A DNA stretch of 64,000 nucleotides from an uncultured Gemmatimonadales bacterium (GCA_963809895.1 CAWELD010000003.1:96001-160000); one strand, 5' to 3'; positions 19,520-33,619 are shown, numbered from the stretch's first letter. Program-made: numbers and translations. The notes: a model not told the origin generated them from the sequence alone.

Positions 19520-20092
19520 ATGCCCGACCGCAGTGAGGCACTGGCGCTCCTCCACGACTGGGTGGACAACGAAGGCCTTCGCACCCACATGCTCGCGGTG
19601 GAGGCCGTGATGCGGCACTACGCCGGGATTCTCGGCGAGGACCAGGACGCCTGGGGCCTGGCCGGATTGCTGCACGACCTGGACTGGGAGAAATACCCCG
19701 ACGAGCATCCGCGCAGGGCGCTGGCCCACCTTCGCGAGCTGGGATATCCGGAAGACGTGCTGGGCGCCATCGAGTCCCATGCACCGGGCAGGACCGGTCG
19801 GGAGCCCGAGACGCTCATGGAGCGCACGCTGTTCGCCTCGGACGAGCTGTCGGGCCTGGTGTACGCCTGCTGCCTGGTGCGCCCCAACGGCATCGACGAC
19901 CTCAAGCCCAAGTCGGTGGTCAAGAAGCTCAAGGATAAGGCCTTCGCCGCAGGCGTGAACCGCGACGAGGTCGCCCACGGCCTCGAGCTCATCGGCATGG
20001 AGCGGAACGAGCACATCCAGAACGTGATCGACGGGATGCGCGCGGTGGGGGCCGAGCTCCACGTCCGGGGTGAGGACGTGGGCTCACACTGA
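19520..20092 (+). CDS. HD-domain hydrolase
   Basis: HMLAVE, GLLHDLD, KLKDKAFAAGVNR. Confidence 0.88.
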   Translation: MPDRSEALALLHDWVDNEGLRTHMLAVEAVMRHYAGILGEDQDAWGLAGLLHDLDWEKYPDEHPRRALAHLRELGYPEDVLGAIESHAPGRTGREPETLMERTLFASDELSGLVYACCLVRPNGIDDLKPKSVVKKLKDKAFAAGVNRDEVAHGLELIGMERNEHIQNVIDGMRAVGAELHVRGEDVGSH

Positions 20093-20158
20093 CAGGGAAC
20101 GATCCCCGAGCGCGCCGGTTACCATCCCGGCGCGCGTCCACCCTCTACCGATCCGCCC

Positions 20159-22718
20159 ATGCTCCGTAGCTTCGTCCGCTTCGGCGGGCTCCTCCTCCTG
20201 GCCGGTCTGGCCGCGGCGCCCGGCGCCGAGGCCCAGGACGTGGTGGAGCTGGGACGGGTTCACGGTACGCGGCCTCCGGAAGCCTATTTCCGGTTGATGG
20301 AGCGAAATCCCCGGGCCTTCACCTTCTCTCGGGCCTGGCTGGCCAGGAACCCCCGCCTGCGGCTCGTGGACCGGGGAGACGGCCCCCCCGTGGTGGAGCT
20401 GCGCTCGCGTGACGCGGGTGGCGCGGCGGTGCAGGGTGAGGGCGCCGGAGGCCCGGCCGGAGCGCTGGGACGGCGCGACGGACCGGCGGCGGGTGACTTC
20501 CGTTTTCCGGTGGTCATGGGATACTTCGCCGACATGACCGGGCCGCCCCCCTTCGCCACCGGTCAGGTGCAGACCGAGTTCTTCGACGGTCCCAACTCCC
20601 GCTATCAGACCATCAGCCAGTACTACGCCGAGATCTCCGGCGGACGCGTGCAGCTCGAGGGCGAGGTCTTTCCCTGGGCCAAGTCGACGCTGACCCAGAG
20701 CCAGGTGGCGGGCAACATCGGCGGCCTGGGCCCACCCGCGCCGCGTCGGCGAGTTCATCGACGACCTCCTGGCCGAGGCCGACGACGGCAGCGTGGACTG
20801 GGGGAGGTACGACAACGACGGTCCCGACGGCGTTCCCAACTCCGGCGACGACGACGGGTTCGTGGATCTGCTGGTCGTCTTCCAGCCGACGCCCGGCGCG
20901 GAGTGCAACGGCAACTACCAGAGGATCTGGTCCCACAAGTGGACCATCAGCTCCTGGGTCGGGAGCCCCTACGCCACCAGCACGCCGGCGGCCGGCGGCG
21001 GCGTCATCCGTGTCGACGACTACACGATCCAGCCCGTCTTCGACTGCGCCGGGCAGAAGCTCAACGAGATCGGCGTCTTCGCCCACGAGTTGGGGCACGG
21101 CTTCGGGCTGCCGGACCTGTATTGCACCGCCCGCTCCTGCAGCCACAACGGCATCGGCGAGTGGGGGCTCATGGGCGGAGGCGCCTGGGGATGCCGGGGC
21201 GACAACCCGGCCCGCCCGTGCCACATGAGCGCCTGGAGCAAGAGCGTGCTGGGATGGCTCGACGTCGAGACCCTGCCCCCGGGACAGGATCTCGGGGTCC
21301 GCGCCCTGGCTCCCGTGGAATCCTCGGGAAAGGCGTTTCGCGTCGACGCCCAGGACGGCTCGGGCGAGTACTTCCTCCTGGAGCACCGGGAGCCCCTGGG
21401 CTCGGACCTGGGACTGTACGCGCCGGGGCTGCTGGTCTGGCATATCGACCCGCAGTGGATCGATCAGCGCTGGGCCGCCAACGTGGTGAACAACGACGCC
21501 ACGCATCTGGGCGTCTGGCTACGGCAGGCCGACGGACGCAACGACATCGAGACCTCGGACTTCAACCGCGGCGATTCGGGGGATCCCTTTCCGGGTATCA
21601 CCAACGCGACGGCGTTTCACGCTGGCAGCGATCCCGCGTCGCTCACCCACGACGGGGGCGCCTCGGGCCTCACCCTTCTCGACATCAGCTGGTCGCCGGC
21701 CCAGGTCTCCTTCCACGCGCTGACGCGTTTCCAGACCCTCACCTTCCGCACCGAGGGCGAGACCACCGGGGGGCTCCTGGCCGTGGACGGAGCGGGACTT
21801 CCGGGCATGGCGGCCACGGTGGAGTCGGCTCCGTTCGAGACGCACCAGGTGACGGCCGCTCCCGGTGAGCCGCTGGGCCCCGGGCGCCGCCGGGCCTTCG
21901 TGGAGTGGACCGACGACCCGGAGCTGACCCGGGAGCGCACGGTCACCACAGGCCTCGAGGACGCCGAGTACGTGGCGCGCTACGGCCCCCTCCAGGTCCA
22001 GCTGGAGGTCGATGTGGACGGGGGTCAGTTCGGCGTCTCGCCGGGCAGCGTGAGCATCGACCCCACGTCGAGCGATTCATGGTACGCCCAGGGCACGCTG
22101 GTCTCCCTGCAGGCCGACGCCACCCCGGGCTTCGCGTTCACGGGGTGGACCGGCGACCTTGCCGGGGAGCCCAATCCCACCATGCGGGCGCTGGACGGCC
22201 CCGTGCAGGCCGTGGCCGCCTTCCAACTGACCTACTCGCTTCCCGAAGAGGTCTCTCTTCCGTTGGAGGCCGCCGCGTATCCGGAGGTGGAGCTGACGCC
22301 TCCGGAAGGCACGGCGCCCTTCACCTGGCAGGTGATCAGCGGGGCCTTCCCCGACGGTCTCAGTCTCACCACCGAGGGCCGCCTGCTGGGTGCACCGATG
22401 GCGGAAGGTGACTTCCCGGTCGGGATCCTGGTCACCGACGCCCTGGGTCTGCAGGCCGAGGGGAGCGTCCTGGTGCAGGTGACCGCTCCCGACCTGGACC
22501 TGTCGGCGTTGGGAGCCCAGCTGCTGGGCACTCGCATCTCCCTCACCGGTCTCCAGCTCCAGTTCCTGGACCGGGTCGGGAACGACGACGGGAGCTACGA
22601 CGTGGGTGACCTGCGCATCTTCCTGCGCTCGCACGACGTCCAGAAGAGCGCCGCCGCCCCCGCCCACGGTGCCTTTGCGATCCCGTGGGTCGCGCCAGCC
22701 TCGGGGGGTGGCCGGTGA
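20159..22718 (+). pseudogene. Secreted M6-family (immune inhibitor A-like) metalloprotease with Ig-like domains and a dockerin-like tail, split by a +1 frameshift (likely sequencing error)
   Basis: ORFs 20159.. and 20793..22718 join as GLGPPA-RVGEFIDD if one C at 20741-20742 is removed; AHELGHGFGLPDLY, WGLMGGG, EYFLLE, GLLVWHID. Confidence 0.85.
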
Positions 22719-23122
22719 GCGCGCGTGCAGGGCGGATCCGCGGTGCGCTCGTGGTGGCCGTGGCGGTGCTGGCACCATGGACGACGGCGTGCTCCGACGA
22801 CCCCTCCGGGCCGGGCACGGTCACCGTAACGGTCGAGGGCTCCACGCCTCTGGGCGGCGCCGTGCTCGACATCCGTGGCAAGGTGGACGCCGCCGAGTCG
22901 CTGCACGCCGGCTGGAGTCTGCTCGAGCCGTTGTCCAACCAGGGCTCCACCCCGGTCTATCGGCTGCTGGTGGTCCAGGAAGAGGCCGGCGCCCTCTCGG
23001 TGAGCCTGAGCGTGCCGGACGTGGGCGCCGACCTTCCGGCCGTGACCGTGCTGCAGGCGTCGGGAGCCGACGACCGCCGTTTGCCGGCGGTCGGGGGCCT
23101 CGATGTCCGCGTGAAGCGGTGA
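22715..23122 (+). CDS. Small beta-rich lipoprotein
   Basis: GTGA overlap with the protease stop; hydrophobic leader ending TTAC-SDD. Confidence 0.75.
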   Translation: MSARAGRIRGALVVAVAVLAPWTTACSDDPSGPGTVTVTVEGSTPLGGAVLDIRGKVDAAESLHAGWSLLEPLSNQGSTPVYRLLVVQEEAGALSVSLSVPDVGADLPAVTVLQASGADDRRLPAVGGLDVRVKR

Positions 23123-23276
23123 CGCCGACCGAGAACCCCAGGCAGGCTTGCCTCCGCTCCCGGGGGCTGACAGTATGTACCGATCCAGCGTCCCGACCCG
23201 CGCCCGAGTGGCCCGGGCGGGACGCGTACTATGGACGCCTTGTGCGCCCGTCCCGCCGGCCTTCCGGAGGAGAGGC

Positions 23277-23387
23277 ATGACCACCGCCACCTGGGTGACC
23301 CTCGTCGTTGTCGCGGGGTTCGTGTGGGGCGGCTTCGTGCTCGCCGTTGTGACGGCCTTCCGGAAGGAGTCGGACAAGGCCGGCTGA
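23277..23387 (+). CDS. 36-aa single-TM protein resembling the MetS-type small subunit of NSS transporters
   Basis: [36 protein letters not shown] with the WGG motif; GGAGGAG RBS. Confidence 0.75.
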   Translation: MTTATWVTLVVVAGFVWGGFVLAVVTAFRKESDKAG

Positions 23388-23397
23388 GCCCTCCCAC

Positions 23398-26655
<3,258 letters not shown>

Positions 26656-26658
26656 GCC

Positions 26659-27657
26659 ATGGCCCGCACCGCATTCCTGCTGCATCCGGCCGCGGCGCTC
26701 CACGACACCGGTTGGGGACATCCCGATCATCAGGGACGCCTGCGCGCCCTCTCCTCGACGGTGGGCCGCGACATGCTCGCCCTGCACGGACACGTGGAGC
26801 AGTCGAGCTCGGTGTCCGCCGAGGTGGAGGACCTGCTGCGCGTGCACACGCCGGACCACGTGGAGCGCGTGCGCCGGGCCGTGGCGTTGGCGGAGGCCGA
26901 GAAGCGACCGTTGGCCCTGGATCCGGACACGCTGGTCTCCGGCGCGTCGTGGGAGGCCGCCTTGGGCAGCGCCGGAGCCGCCATCACGGCGGCGGGTGCC
27001 GTGGCCCGGGGCGAGGTGTCCAACGCCTTCGTCGCCACGCGGCCGCCGGGACACCACGCCACCGCCGACGCCGTCCTGGGCTTCTGCCTCTTCAACAACA
27101 TCGCCATCGTGGCGCGCTGGCTTCAGCAAACCGGCCACGCGCGGCGGATCCTGGTGGTGGATTGGGACGTCCACCACGGAAACGGGACCCAGGACATCTT
27201 CTGGTCGGACCCCTCGGTGTTCTATCTTTCATTGCACCAGAGTCCCCACTGGCCGGGGACCGGTGCCGCCGACGAGATTGGCGGAGGCGAGGGCGAGGGG
27301 TACACCCTGAACGTGCCGCTGGCCGCGGGCACGCCCCGCCAGGAGTATCTCCGTCACTTCGAGGCGGCGCTGGACACGGCGTTCGCGCGCATGCGCCCGG
27401 ACTTCGTCCTGGTGTCGTCGGGATTCGACGCGCTGGCGGGAGATCCCCTGGGGGGCCAGATGCTGGAGCCCGAGGATTTCCACACCATGGCTCGCATGCT
27501 GGTGGGGCGGGCCGAGGAACCATGTGACGGAAGGGTGGTGGCGCTCCTCGAAGGAGGCTACGATCCACGCAGGACCGGGCTGGCGACGGTCGCGGTCCTG
27601 CGGGGTCTGTCCGGAGTCGATCCGGCCGATCCGACCCTTCCTGCCGAGGCGGGGTAG
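26659..27657 (+). CDS. Histone deacetylase-family (zinc-dependent) deacylase
   Basis: RPPGHHA, GFCLFNN, DWDVHHGNGTQ, LEGGY. Confidence 0.95.
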   Translation: MARTAFLLHPAAALHDTGWGHPDHQGRLRALSSTVGRDMLALHGHVEQSSSVSAEVEDLLRVHTPDHVERVRRAVALAEAEKRPLALDPDTLVSGASWEAALGSAGAAITAAGAVARGEVSNAFVATRPPGHHATADAVLGFCLFNNIAIVARWLQQTGHARRILVVDWDVHHGNGTQDIFWSDPSVFYLSLHQSPHWPGTGAADEIGGGEGEGYTLNVPLAAGTPRQEYLRHFEAALDTAFARMRPDFVLVSSGFDALAGDPLGGQMLEPEDFHTMARMLVGRAEEPCDGRVVALLEGGYDPRRTGLATVAVLRGLSGVDPADPTLPAEAG

Positions 27658-27707
27658 GGACCCCGTGCGGGGACCCGCCTTCAGCGATCTGCTAGAGGAT
27701 GCGACTC

Positions 27708-28244
27708 ATGACGTCACGTCGATACATCGCCCGGTTCGCGCTCCTTCTGGCCGCGTTGGCCCTGGTGGCGCCGGCGGGGCTGCAGGCGCAGGCCGCCAAC
27801 GAGCGCCCCGTGCGGGGTGAGGGGCCGGAGCAGCGTCAACCGGAGGCCGTCAAGGCCATCTCCCAGCTCAAGTCTCCCTACTGCCACGGGCTCATGCTCG
27901 AGGTGTGTCCGTCGTCGGGCGGCGCTGCCCTCCGCGACAGCATCGAGACGCTTGCCGAGGAAGGGTGGAAGTCCGACCGGATCGTGGACTGGGTGCTCGC
28001 CAACCACGGACAGGAGTACCTGGCCCTGCCGCGGCGATCCGGGGTCTCCCTGGTCATGGCGTGGGTGATCCCGCCGCTGGGCGTCCTGCTGGGTCTGTTC
28101 CTGGTGGTGGTGGTTCTGCGCCGCATGCGGCGGAATCGCGCGCCGGCGCCCGCGGCCGAGGGCGAGCTGTCGCCGGAGGAGGAGGCACGCCTCCGCGAGG
28201 CCATGCGGGAGCTGGACGCCGAGGAAGAGGCGACGTTCTTCTGA
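27708..28244 (+). CDS. ccmH: CcmH/CycL-like cytochrome c biogenesis protein
   Basis: Signal peptide, LKSPYCHGLMLEVCPS, LRDSIE...IVDWVLANHG, C-terminal TM (WVIPP). Start 27699 or 27708. Confidence 0.7.
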   Translation: MTSRRYIARFALLLAALALVAPAGLQAQAANERPVRGEGPEQRQPEAVKAISQLKSPYCHGLMLEVCPSSGGAALRDSIETLAEEGWKSDRIVDWVLANHGQEYLALPRRSGVSLVMAWVIPPLGVLLGLFLVVVVLRRMRRNRAPAPAAEGELSPEEEARLREAMRELDAEEEATFF

Positions 28245-28254
28245 CCGGCGCCCC

Positions 28255-29277
28255 GTGAGCGCTTCCACATCCGGCCGGGGCCGCTCCCGGCCCGAGCCCT
28301 CCATGCTGGACCTGGTCCGGCTGAGCCCGCGTCCGCTGTTCCCCCCGGGCGGTGAAGAGCTGTATCGGCAGATCGCCGTCCTGACGGGCATGGACGAGGA
28401 CATGGAGGTGCTGGACGTGGGGTGTGGCAAGGGCGTCACGCTCCAGTACTTCGTCGACGAGCACGGCGTGCACGCTTCGGGGATCGAGGCCGACCAGGTC
28501 CTGGTTCAGGCGGTGCTGGACCGTGCCCGCGAGCGTGGCCTCGGCGACCGCCTCCAGGTGCAACAGTCGCCCTCCGACAAACTCCCCTACCGGGACGAGA
28601 TCTTCGACGTGGCGGTGGGCGAGCTCGGCATGACCGCCCAGGCCGATCCGGAGAAGGCGATCCGGGAGTTGGTGCGAGTGACGCGGCCCGGGGGCACGGT
28701 GGTGCTGGTGCAGCTCGTGTGGACGGCCCCGGTGGACCCGGAACGGCGGCGGGTCCTGGCCGCGCATCTCGGTGTGCGTCCGCTCATGCTCGTGGAGTGG
28801 AAGCGGATGCTGCGCGAGGCCGGCGTCACCGACCTGCACATCGAGGACTGGACGGACCCGGAGACCGCGTTCCGGCCGCGCATCGTGAAGCCGTTCCCCG
28901 ACTTCGCCGAGCTCTTCTCGCTCACCGAGAAGGTGGGGATCCTGCGCCGCGCCTGGTCCCGTTGGGGATGGGCCGGGGTGCAGGCGGTGCTGGCCCGGGA
29001 GCGGGAGGTACACCGTCTGCTCACCCACGAGCGCATCCTGGGCCTGGACCTCATCAAGGGCACGCGGGCCCCCGGAGCGGCGGCGACGGCGGAGCCCCCC
29101 GCTGAAGCGCCCGTGGCCATCGAAGAGAAGACCTCCGCACCCGGAGGCGAGGAAGCGCCGGAGGCCGCCGGGCCGGAATCCGACGAAGCACACGACGACC
29201 CCTCACCTGGCGGGCAGGACGCCCAGACCGAAGAAGAGACCCGCGGCCTGCCCCTGTTCACATCGGAAGACTCATGA
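28255..29277 (+). CDS. Class I SAM-dependent methyltransferase
   Basis: PPGGEE, VLDVGCGKG, LPYRDEIFD, RVTRPGG. Confidence 0.9.
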   Translation: MSASTSGRGRSRPEPSMLDLVRLSPRPLFPPGGEELYRQIAVLTGMDEDMEVLDVGCGKGVTLQYFVDEHGVHASGIEADQVLVQAVLDRARERGLGDRLQVQQSPSDKLPYRDEIFDVAVGELGMTAQADPEKAIRELVRVTRPGGTVVLVQLVWTAPVDPERRRVLAAHLGVRPLMLVEWKRMLREAGVTDLHIEDWTDPETAFRPRIVKPFPDFAELFSLTEKVGILRRAWSRWGWAGVQAVLAREREVHRLLTHERILGLDLIKGTRAPGAAATAEPPAEAPVAIEEKTSAPGGEEAPEAAGPESDEAHDDPSPGGQDAQTEEETRGLPLFTSEDS

Positions 29278-30470
29278 GCGACACACCTCTCCTGACCTCG
29301 CGTGAAGGCGTGGCCCGGGTGCAGAAGGCCCTGGCCGAGATGGACCTGGACGGCTGGCTCCTCTACGAGTTTCGCGGACAGAACTGGATCTCCAAGGCGC
29401 TGCTCGGCGTCGGCTGGACCAGCCGACGGGCGCTGATCCTGATCCCGCGAGAGGGTGAGCCACGGGCCTTGATCCACGCCATCGAAGGGTCGTCCTGGCG
29501 CCACTGGCCGTGGGCTCGCGAGAGCTACGCGGGGTGGCGGGAGTTGGAGTCGGGGATCGAGGCGCTGGTGGCGGGTCATCGCACGCTCGCCATGGAGTAC
29601 TCTCCCGGCGACGCAGTGCCCACGGTGGACCTCGTCCCGGCCGGCGTCGTCGAGATGCTTCGCAACGCGGGGGTCGAGCCCAGGAGCTCCGGTGATCTGG
29701 TGAGTCGGTTCTTCTCGGCGTGGAGTGAAGCGCAGCTCACGGACCATCGCCAGGCCGCCGAGGTGGTGGCACGGGTCGCGAAGGAGGCCTTCCAGGAAGC
29801 GGCCAGAGCCGTGCGGGCCGGTGCTCCGCACACCGAGGGCTCGCTGTCCCGCTGGATCCTGGACGCCATGGCCCGGGGCGGCATCACCGTCGACGCCGAC
29901 ACCCACGTGGCCATCGGCCCCAGGGCGGCGGATCCCCACTACGCCCCCGACGGGGAAGGGGAGACCATCGCCCGGGGCGAGGTGTTGCTCATCGATCTGT
30001 GGGGGCGCACCTCGGAGGATGCCGTGAGCGCCGACCAGACCTGGATGGGCATTCTGGCTCCCGAGGCGCCGGCACGCGTCGTCGAGCTCTGGGAGACCGT
30101 GCGTGAGGCCCGCGACGCAGCGGTGGATTTCGTTCGTGAGCGGGTGGCCGCGGGGGAGAGCGTGCGCGGGTACGAGGTCGACGACGTGTCCCGGGGCGTC
30201 ATCGAGGCGGCCGGGCACGGCGAGCACTTCATTCACCGCACGGGGCACTCCATCGATCGCAAGCTCCACGGCAGCGGGCCCAATCTGGACAACCTCGAGA
30301 CCCGTGACGACCGCCTGTTGATTCCGGGTGTCGGCTTCTCGGTGGAGCCCGGGATCTATCTCCCCGACGACGTGGGGATCCGCAGCGAGATCAACGTCCA
30401 CTTCGGCCAGAACGGGCCCGAGGTGACGCCGGCCGAGCCTCAGACGGACCTGATCCTGCTCGACGTGTGA
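29274..30470 (+). CDS. M24-family (Xaa-Pro) peptidase
   Basis: DPHY, LLIDLWG, ADQTW, HRTGHSI, FSVEPGIY, GIRSE. Confidence 0.93.
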   Translation: MSDTPLLTSREGVARVQKALAEMDLDGWLLYEFRGQNWISKALLGVGWTSRRALILIPREGEPRALIHAIEGSSWRHWPWARESYAGWRELESGIEALVAGHRTLAMEYSPGDAVPTVDLVPAGVVEMLRNAGVEPRSSGDLVSRFFSAWSEAQLTDHRQAAEVVARVAKEAFQEAARAVRAGAPHTEGSLSRWILDAMARGGITVDADTHVAIGPRAADPHYAPDGEGETIARGEVLLIDLWGRTSEDAVSADQTWMGILAPEAPARVVELWETVREARDAAVDFVRERVAAGESVRGYEVDDVSRGVIEAAGHGEHFIHRTGHSIDRKLHGSGPNLDNLETRDDRLLIPGVGFSVEPGIYLPDDVGIRSEINVHFGQNGPEVTPAEPQTDLILLDV

Positions 30471-32938
30471 CGGGGGATCGGTCGAGTCGAAGCCTGGTCG
30501 AGGTCGCGATCCCGCTCCCCGTCCACACGACCTTCACCTACTCCGTCCCGGGGCCGGCTCCTGCAGCCGGCACACGGGTCCTGGTGCCGTTCCGCCGACG
30601 CGAGCGCATCGGGTGGGTCCTGGGCCCCGGAAGCGGAGAGGGTCTGAGCCGCATCCGGGGCGTGCTGGACGTCCTGGACGACGAGCCTTCGGTTCCGCCC
30701 GATGTCCTGGCCCTGTGCCGCTGGATGGCGGATTACTACGTGTCGCCTCCGGGGATCGCCGTGGCGGCGACCCAGCCGGCGGTCATGAGCGACGCCTCTC
30801 GCGACTACGTGAGCCTCACGGGACCGGCCCCCGCCGACCTCACCCCGCGGGTCCGCCGCCTCGCCGACGCACTGGACGCCGCCCACAAGCCGCAGCGGGT
30901 GTCCACGCTGCGGCGGGCGCTGGACATGGGCTCGATCTGGCCGGAGATCCGGGCGCTGCAGGCCCTGGGCGTCCTGAGACACGAGGCGGTGCCCCCGAGC
31001 GAGCCCTCGGTGCAGACGCGCAAAGTGGTGCGGCTGATCCGGGAGCTTCCGGACCTCGTGGCGCGCGACGACCTGTTCGGGCGGGCCCACCGTCAGCGCG
31101 AGGCCTACGAGCACCTGGAGGGCAGCGGAGGGTCCGACGAGCTCGCCCACCTCCTCGATTCAGGAGGGTTCTCGCGTTCCGTGGTGGCCGGGTTGGAGGA
31201 CAAGGGGCTGGTCGTCGTCGGCGACGAGGAGGTGATGCGAGATCCGTTCCAGGCCATGGATCCGGGACCGGCGAGCACCCCCCCGCTCACCGACGACCAA
31301 CGACGGGCGGTGGCGGCGCTGGAGACGGCGTTGGACGACGGCCGTCGGCGCCCGGTCCTTCTGCACGGCGTGACCGGGTCGGGCAAGACCCGCGTCTACA
31401 TCGAGTTGCTGCGTCGGGTGAGGGAGCGGGATCAGGGCGCCATCGTCCTGGTGCCCGAGATCTCGTTGACGCCTCAGACGGTGCGGCGCTTCCGGGCGCA
31501 CTTCGGGGACGACGTAGCGGTCCTGCACTCGGCGCTGTCCGACGGCGAGCGCTACGACGCCTGGCGCCAGCTCCGGGCCGGCACCAGACGCATCGCCGTG
31601 GGAGCCCGCTCGGCCCTCTTCGCCCCCGTCCGCGCGCTCGGCGCCATCGTGGTGGACGAGGAGCACGACGGGTCGTACAAGCAGTCCGAGGCCCCGCGAT
31701 ATCATGCCCGGGACCTGGCCGTGGTGCGGGCCCGCCTCGCCGGGGCGGTGTGCGTCCTGGGCAGTGCCACGCCCTCGCTGGAGAGCTGGTTCAACGCCGA
31801 GCGGGGCAAGTTCCAGCGCTTGTCGCTGCCGCAACGGGTGAGCGGCCGGCCCATGCCTCCGGTGCACCTGGTGGACCTGCGCGAAGAGCGTCGCCGGGTG
31901 CGGGAGGAACCGGCAGCGTCGCGGGAGCGGGGCGGGGGCGCGCTATCGGGGCCTCTCGTGGAGGCCGTCGACCGGCGGCTGGAGCGCGGTGAGCAGACCA
32001 TCCTCCTGCTGAACCGGCGTGGCTACAGCTCCTTCGTGCAGTGTCGGGAATGCGGCGACGTGAGGGAGTGCGAGAATTGCTCCGTGTCTCTGACGTACCA
32101 CCGGGGCACCGGTCGGCTGGTGTGCCACCATTGCCGCTACGAGGAGCCGGCACCCGAGCGTTGCGTGCGCTGCGGCTCCGACGACCTGTCGTACAGAGGC
32201 CTCGGCACGGAGCAGGTGGAGCGCATCGTCGTCGAGACCTTTCCCGGAGCGCGGGTGGCGCGCATGGACGTGGACACGACCTCGGGCAAGTGGTCGCACC
32301 ACGAGATCCTCGGGCGCGTGGAGAGGGGCGAGGTGGACATCCTCCTGGGGACCCAGATGATCGCCAAGGGTCTGGATTTTCCCCGCGTGACGCTGGTGGG
32401 CGTGGTGAACGCCGACGTGGGCATCCATCTCCCCGACTTCAGAGCCAGCGAGCGGACCTTCCAGCTTCTGAGCCAGGTCGCCGGACGCACCGGGAGGGGT
32501 ACGCTGGGGGGCGAGGTGCTGATCCAGACGTCGATTCCCGAGCACTACGCGCTGCAGGCGGCGCTCACCCACGACTACGTGGCCTTCGCCACACGGGAGC
32601 TCGAGGAGCGTCTGCGCCCCGCGTATCCGCCGCACGTGCGCCTGGTGAACGTGGTCGTCAGCAGCCCGGATTCCGACGCCGCCGCCGATGCGGCCGACGA
32701 GGCGACACGGTGGCTCCGCCGAGGGCTCCATGGCCGTGGCGCCCCTCCGGTGGAGCTGGTGGGCCCGGCGCCGGCACCCATCGAACGGCTGCACGGCCGC
32801 TGGCGGTGGCACTTCCTGCTGCGCTCCCCCTCGCCCGGCGCGCTGGGTCGGGTGTGTGGCGCGTTCGCGCGAGAATTCCGGCCAGGTGGCGGCGACGTGC
32901 GCGTGGCGCTGGACCGGGATCCCACGGCCCTCCTGTGA
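30467..32938 (+). CDS. priA: Primosomal protein N' (replication restart helicase)
   Basis: LHGVTGSGKT, LVPEISLTPQ, DEEHD, SATPS, Cys-rich zinc region, GTQMIAKGLDFP. Confidence 0.97.
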   Translation: MTGDRSSRSLVEVAIPLPVHTTFTYSVPGPAPAAGTRVLVPFRRRERIGWVLGPGSGEGLSRIRGVLDVLDDEPSVPPDVLALCRWMADYYVSPPGIAVAATQPAVMSDASRDYVSLTGPAPADLTPRVRRLADALDAAHKPQRVSTLRRALDMGSIWPEIRALQALGVLRHEAVPPSEPSVQTRKVVRLIRELPDLVARDDLFGRAHRQREAYEHLEGSGGSDELAHLLDSGGFSRSVVAGLEDKGLVVVGDEEVMRDPFQAMDPGPASTPPLTDDQRRAVAALETALDDGRRRPVLLHGVTGSGKTRVYIELLRRVRERDQGAIVLVPEISLTPQTVRRFRAHFGDDVAVLHSALSDGERYDAWRQLRAGTRRIAVGARSALFAPVRALGAIVVDEEHDGSYKQSEAPRYHARDLAVVRARLAGAVCVLGSATPSLESWFNAERGKFQRLSLPQRVSGRPMPPVHLVDLREERRRVREEPAASRERGGGALSGPLVEAVDRRLERGEQTILLLNRRGYSSFVQCRECGDVRECENCSVSLTYHRGTGRLVCHHCRYEEPAPERCVRCGSDDLSYRGLGTEQVERIVVETFPGARVARMDVDTTSGKWSHHEILGRVERGEVDILLGTQMIAKGLDFPRVTLVGVVNADVGIHLPDFRASERTFQLLSQVAGRTGRGTLGGEVLIQTSIPEHYALQAALTHDYVAFATRELEERLRPAYPPHVRLVNVVVSSPDSDAAADAADEATRWLRRGLHGRGAPPVELVGPAPAPIERLHGRWRWHFLLRSPSPGALGRVCGAFAREFRPGGGDVRVALDRDPTALL

Positions 32939-33055
32939 GGGTGGGTACCCCCCGTCGCGCGGGGGTCACGACCGTTGCTCGGCCTCCTCGCGGGACATTA
33001 GAATCGAGGGCGACGGCACCCGCATCCCATCCGTCGCCGGAGTGAATCGCCTGCC

Positions 33056-33619
33056 ATGGGCTGTCTCGCGCTCAACGCCTCGTTCGAACCGCTCACCCTG
33101 GTTCCGGTGAGACGGGCGGTCCGTCTCGTGCTCGATCGCAAGGCCGAGGTCCTCGAGGTGGACGACGCGCGCCTGTTCCGGTCGGAGCGGGAGTCGGTGC
33201 CCTGCCCCTCGGTCATCCGGCTGGTGCGCTTCGTGCACGTCCCCCGCCGTTTCCGGCGCCAGGTGACCAACACCTTCCTGTTCGCCCGCGACGACTACTG
33301 CTGCCAGTACTGTGGCCGCCACCGCAGCCAGTTGCGGGGGCGCCAGTTCCTCACGCGGGACCACATCCTTCCGGTGTCCCGCGGAGGCCAGAACACCTGG
33401 GCGAACGTCGTGACCGCATGCTCGCCCTGCAACAATCGCAAGGGTGGCCGCCTCCCGGAGGAAGCGGGCATGACCCTGCGCACCGTACCGGGCGAGCCCA
33501 ACTACGTCCACCTGGTGTGGGCCGTCCGTCGCGTGACGCCGATCCAGGCGAAGTGGGTCGGCATGTTCTACGGTGAGGATGCGGTGGAGGCCCTCCGCGC
33601 CGGTCGCGGCCACCTCTGA
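33056..33619 (+). CDS. HNH endonuclease
   Basis: LALNASFEPL, FARDDYCCQYCG, TRDHILPVSRGG, ACSPCNNRKG. Confidence 0.92.
   Translation: MGCLALNASFEPLTLVPVRRAVRLVLDRKAEVLEVDDARLFRSERESVPCPSVIRLVRFVHVPRRFRRQVTNTFLFARDDYCCQYCGRHRSQLRGRQFLTRDHILPVSRGGQNTWANVVTACSPCNNRKGGRLPEEAGMTLRTVPGEPNYVHLVWAVRRVTPIQAKWVGMFYGEDAVEALRAGRGHL

Noticed and set aside
33056..33619. HNH gene as a homing endonuclease or mobile element
   Set aside because: No intron, intein, flanking repeats or transposase; it resembles the common stand-alone chromosomal HNH type.
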